DNA from: Klebsiella phage KP13-16
Sequence record: OP617741.1
Strand: one strand, 5' to 3'
Length of the DNA: 64,000 nt
Position 1 is the stretch's first letter, and each line of letters opens with the position of its first letter. Both the position numbers and the translations under genes were made by a program. This document shows positions 63,805 to 64,000 of the stretch, one piece after another. The notes beneath the pieces were generated by a model. The model did not search any database, was not told the origin of the DNA, and worked only from the letters and a program-made list of their open reading frames with translations.

Positions 63805-64000
63805 TCTCCCATTAACTTTTAACAATTTCTACCAAGTAAATAACACCATCCACACATACTGTGTAATCTGGTAATTTATCGAACCCTATATTTTTCAAAG
63901 TTCGTTGTGCAATCGTCTTACTTGTTTTCTTTTCCCATTGGTCTTCTGTGTACAATTGGATAACTAGAAGTTTTCCACCAACTGTAGCTTTAATAATTTC
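63805..64000 (-). CDS. hypothetical protein (partial, start beyond window end)
   Basis: Open minus-strand frame ending TAA at 63805-63807 before rdgC RBS. Confidence 0.35.

Overview
Read of the window: a virulent dsDNA phage early/middle region, not a bacterial chromosome. Evidence is tight operon packing, many small ORFs, ATGA/TAATG start-stop overlaps and roughly 35% GC. The gene content resembles the early region of T5-like (Demerecviridae) coliphages, but I cannot confirm that family without a database search. Layout: a minus-strand block at 1-17.6 kb, a plus-strand block at 17.7-38.2 kb, and a minus-strand block at 39.4-64 kb. Recognisable functions: both ribonucleotide reductases (nrdDG and nrdAB plus a glutaredoxin), thymidylate synthase ThyX, a HAD-family deoxyribonucleotidase, PhoH, a Ser/Thr phosphatase, an HslV-like peptidase, a GH24 endolysin, a flap endonuclease, RdgC, Endo VII-like and RuvC-like resolvases, a DEDDh exonuclease, an amino-methyltransferase, a DprA-like protein and a serine recombinase. 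Most unusual features: (1) an NAD/ADP-ribose gene set at about 6-14 kb. It comprises a eukaryote-like WGR-PARP, a macro-domain protein and a three-domain NadR-like NMN adenylyltransferase / ribosylnicotinamide kinase. The PARP and macro genes are bracketed by two paralogous homing-endonuclease-like genes. Possible Tad2/DUF2829-like and NADAR-like genes lie elsewhere in the window. (2) a UvrD-like helicase gene interrupted by two inteins, one carrying a LAGLIDADG endonuclease and an apparent Ala1 / WCT (class-3-like) arrangement. (3) a compositionally distinct higher-GC island (about 30.6-38.9 kb) of small ORFs. They are driven by consensus sigma70 promoters that carry hairpins either in the 5' UTR or around the -10 element. 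The island is bounded by near-identical Fur-box-like 17-mers and contains a 260-bp GC-rich non-coding candidate ncRNA, a repeated ~100-bp intergenic element and a possible -1 frameshifted gene. (4) a 1.2-kb non-coding stretch (38.2-39.4 kb) with nested palindromes, a TGTTCG motif in both orientations and four TCTGGGAGG direct repeats, which could be an origin or regulatory hub. No tRNA, rRNA or CRISPR array was detected. Every functional call is a motif-level inference from the translated ORFs.
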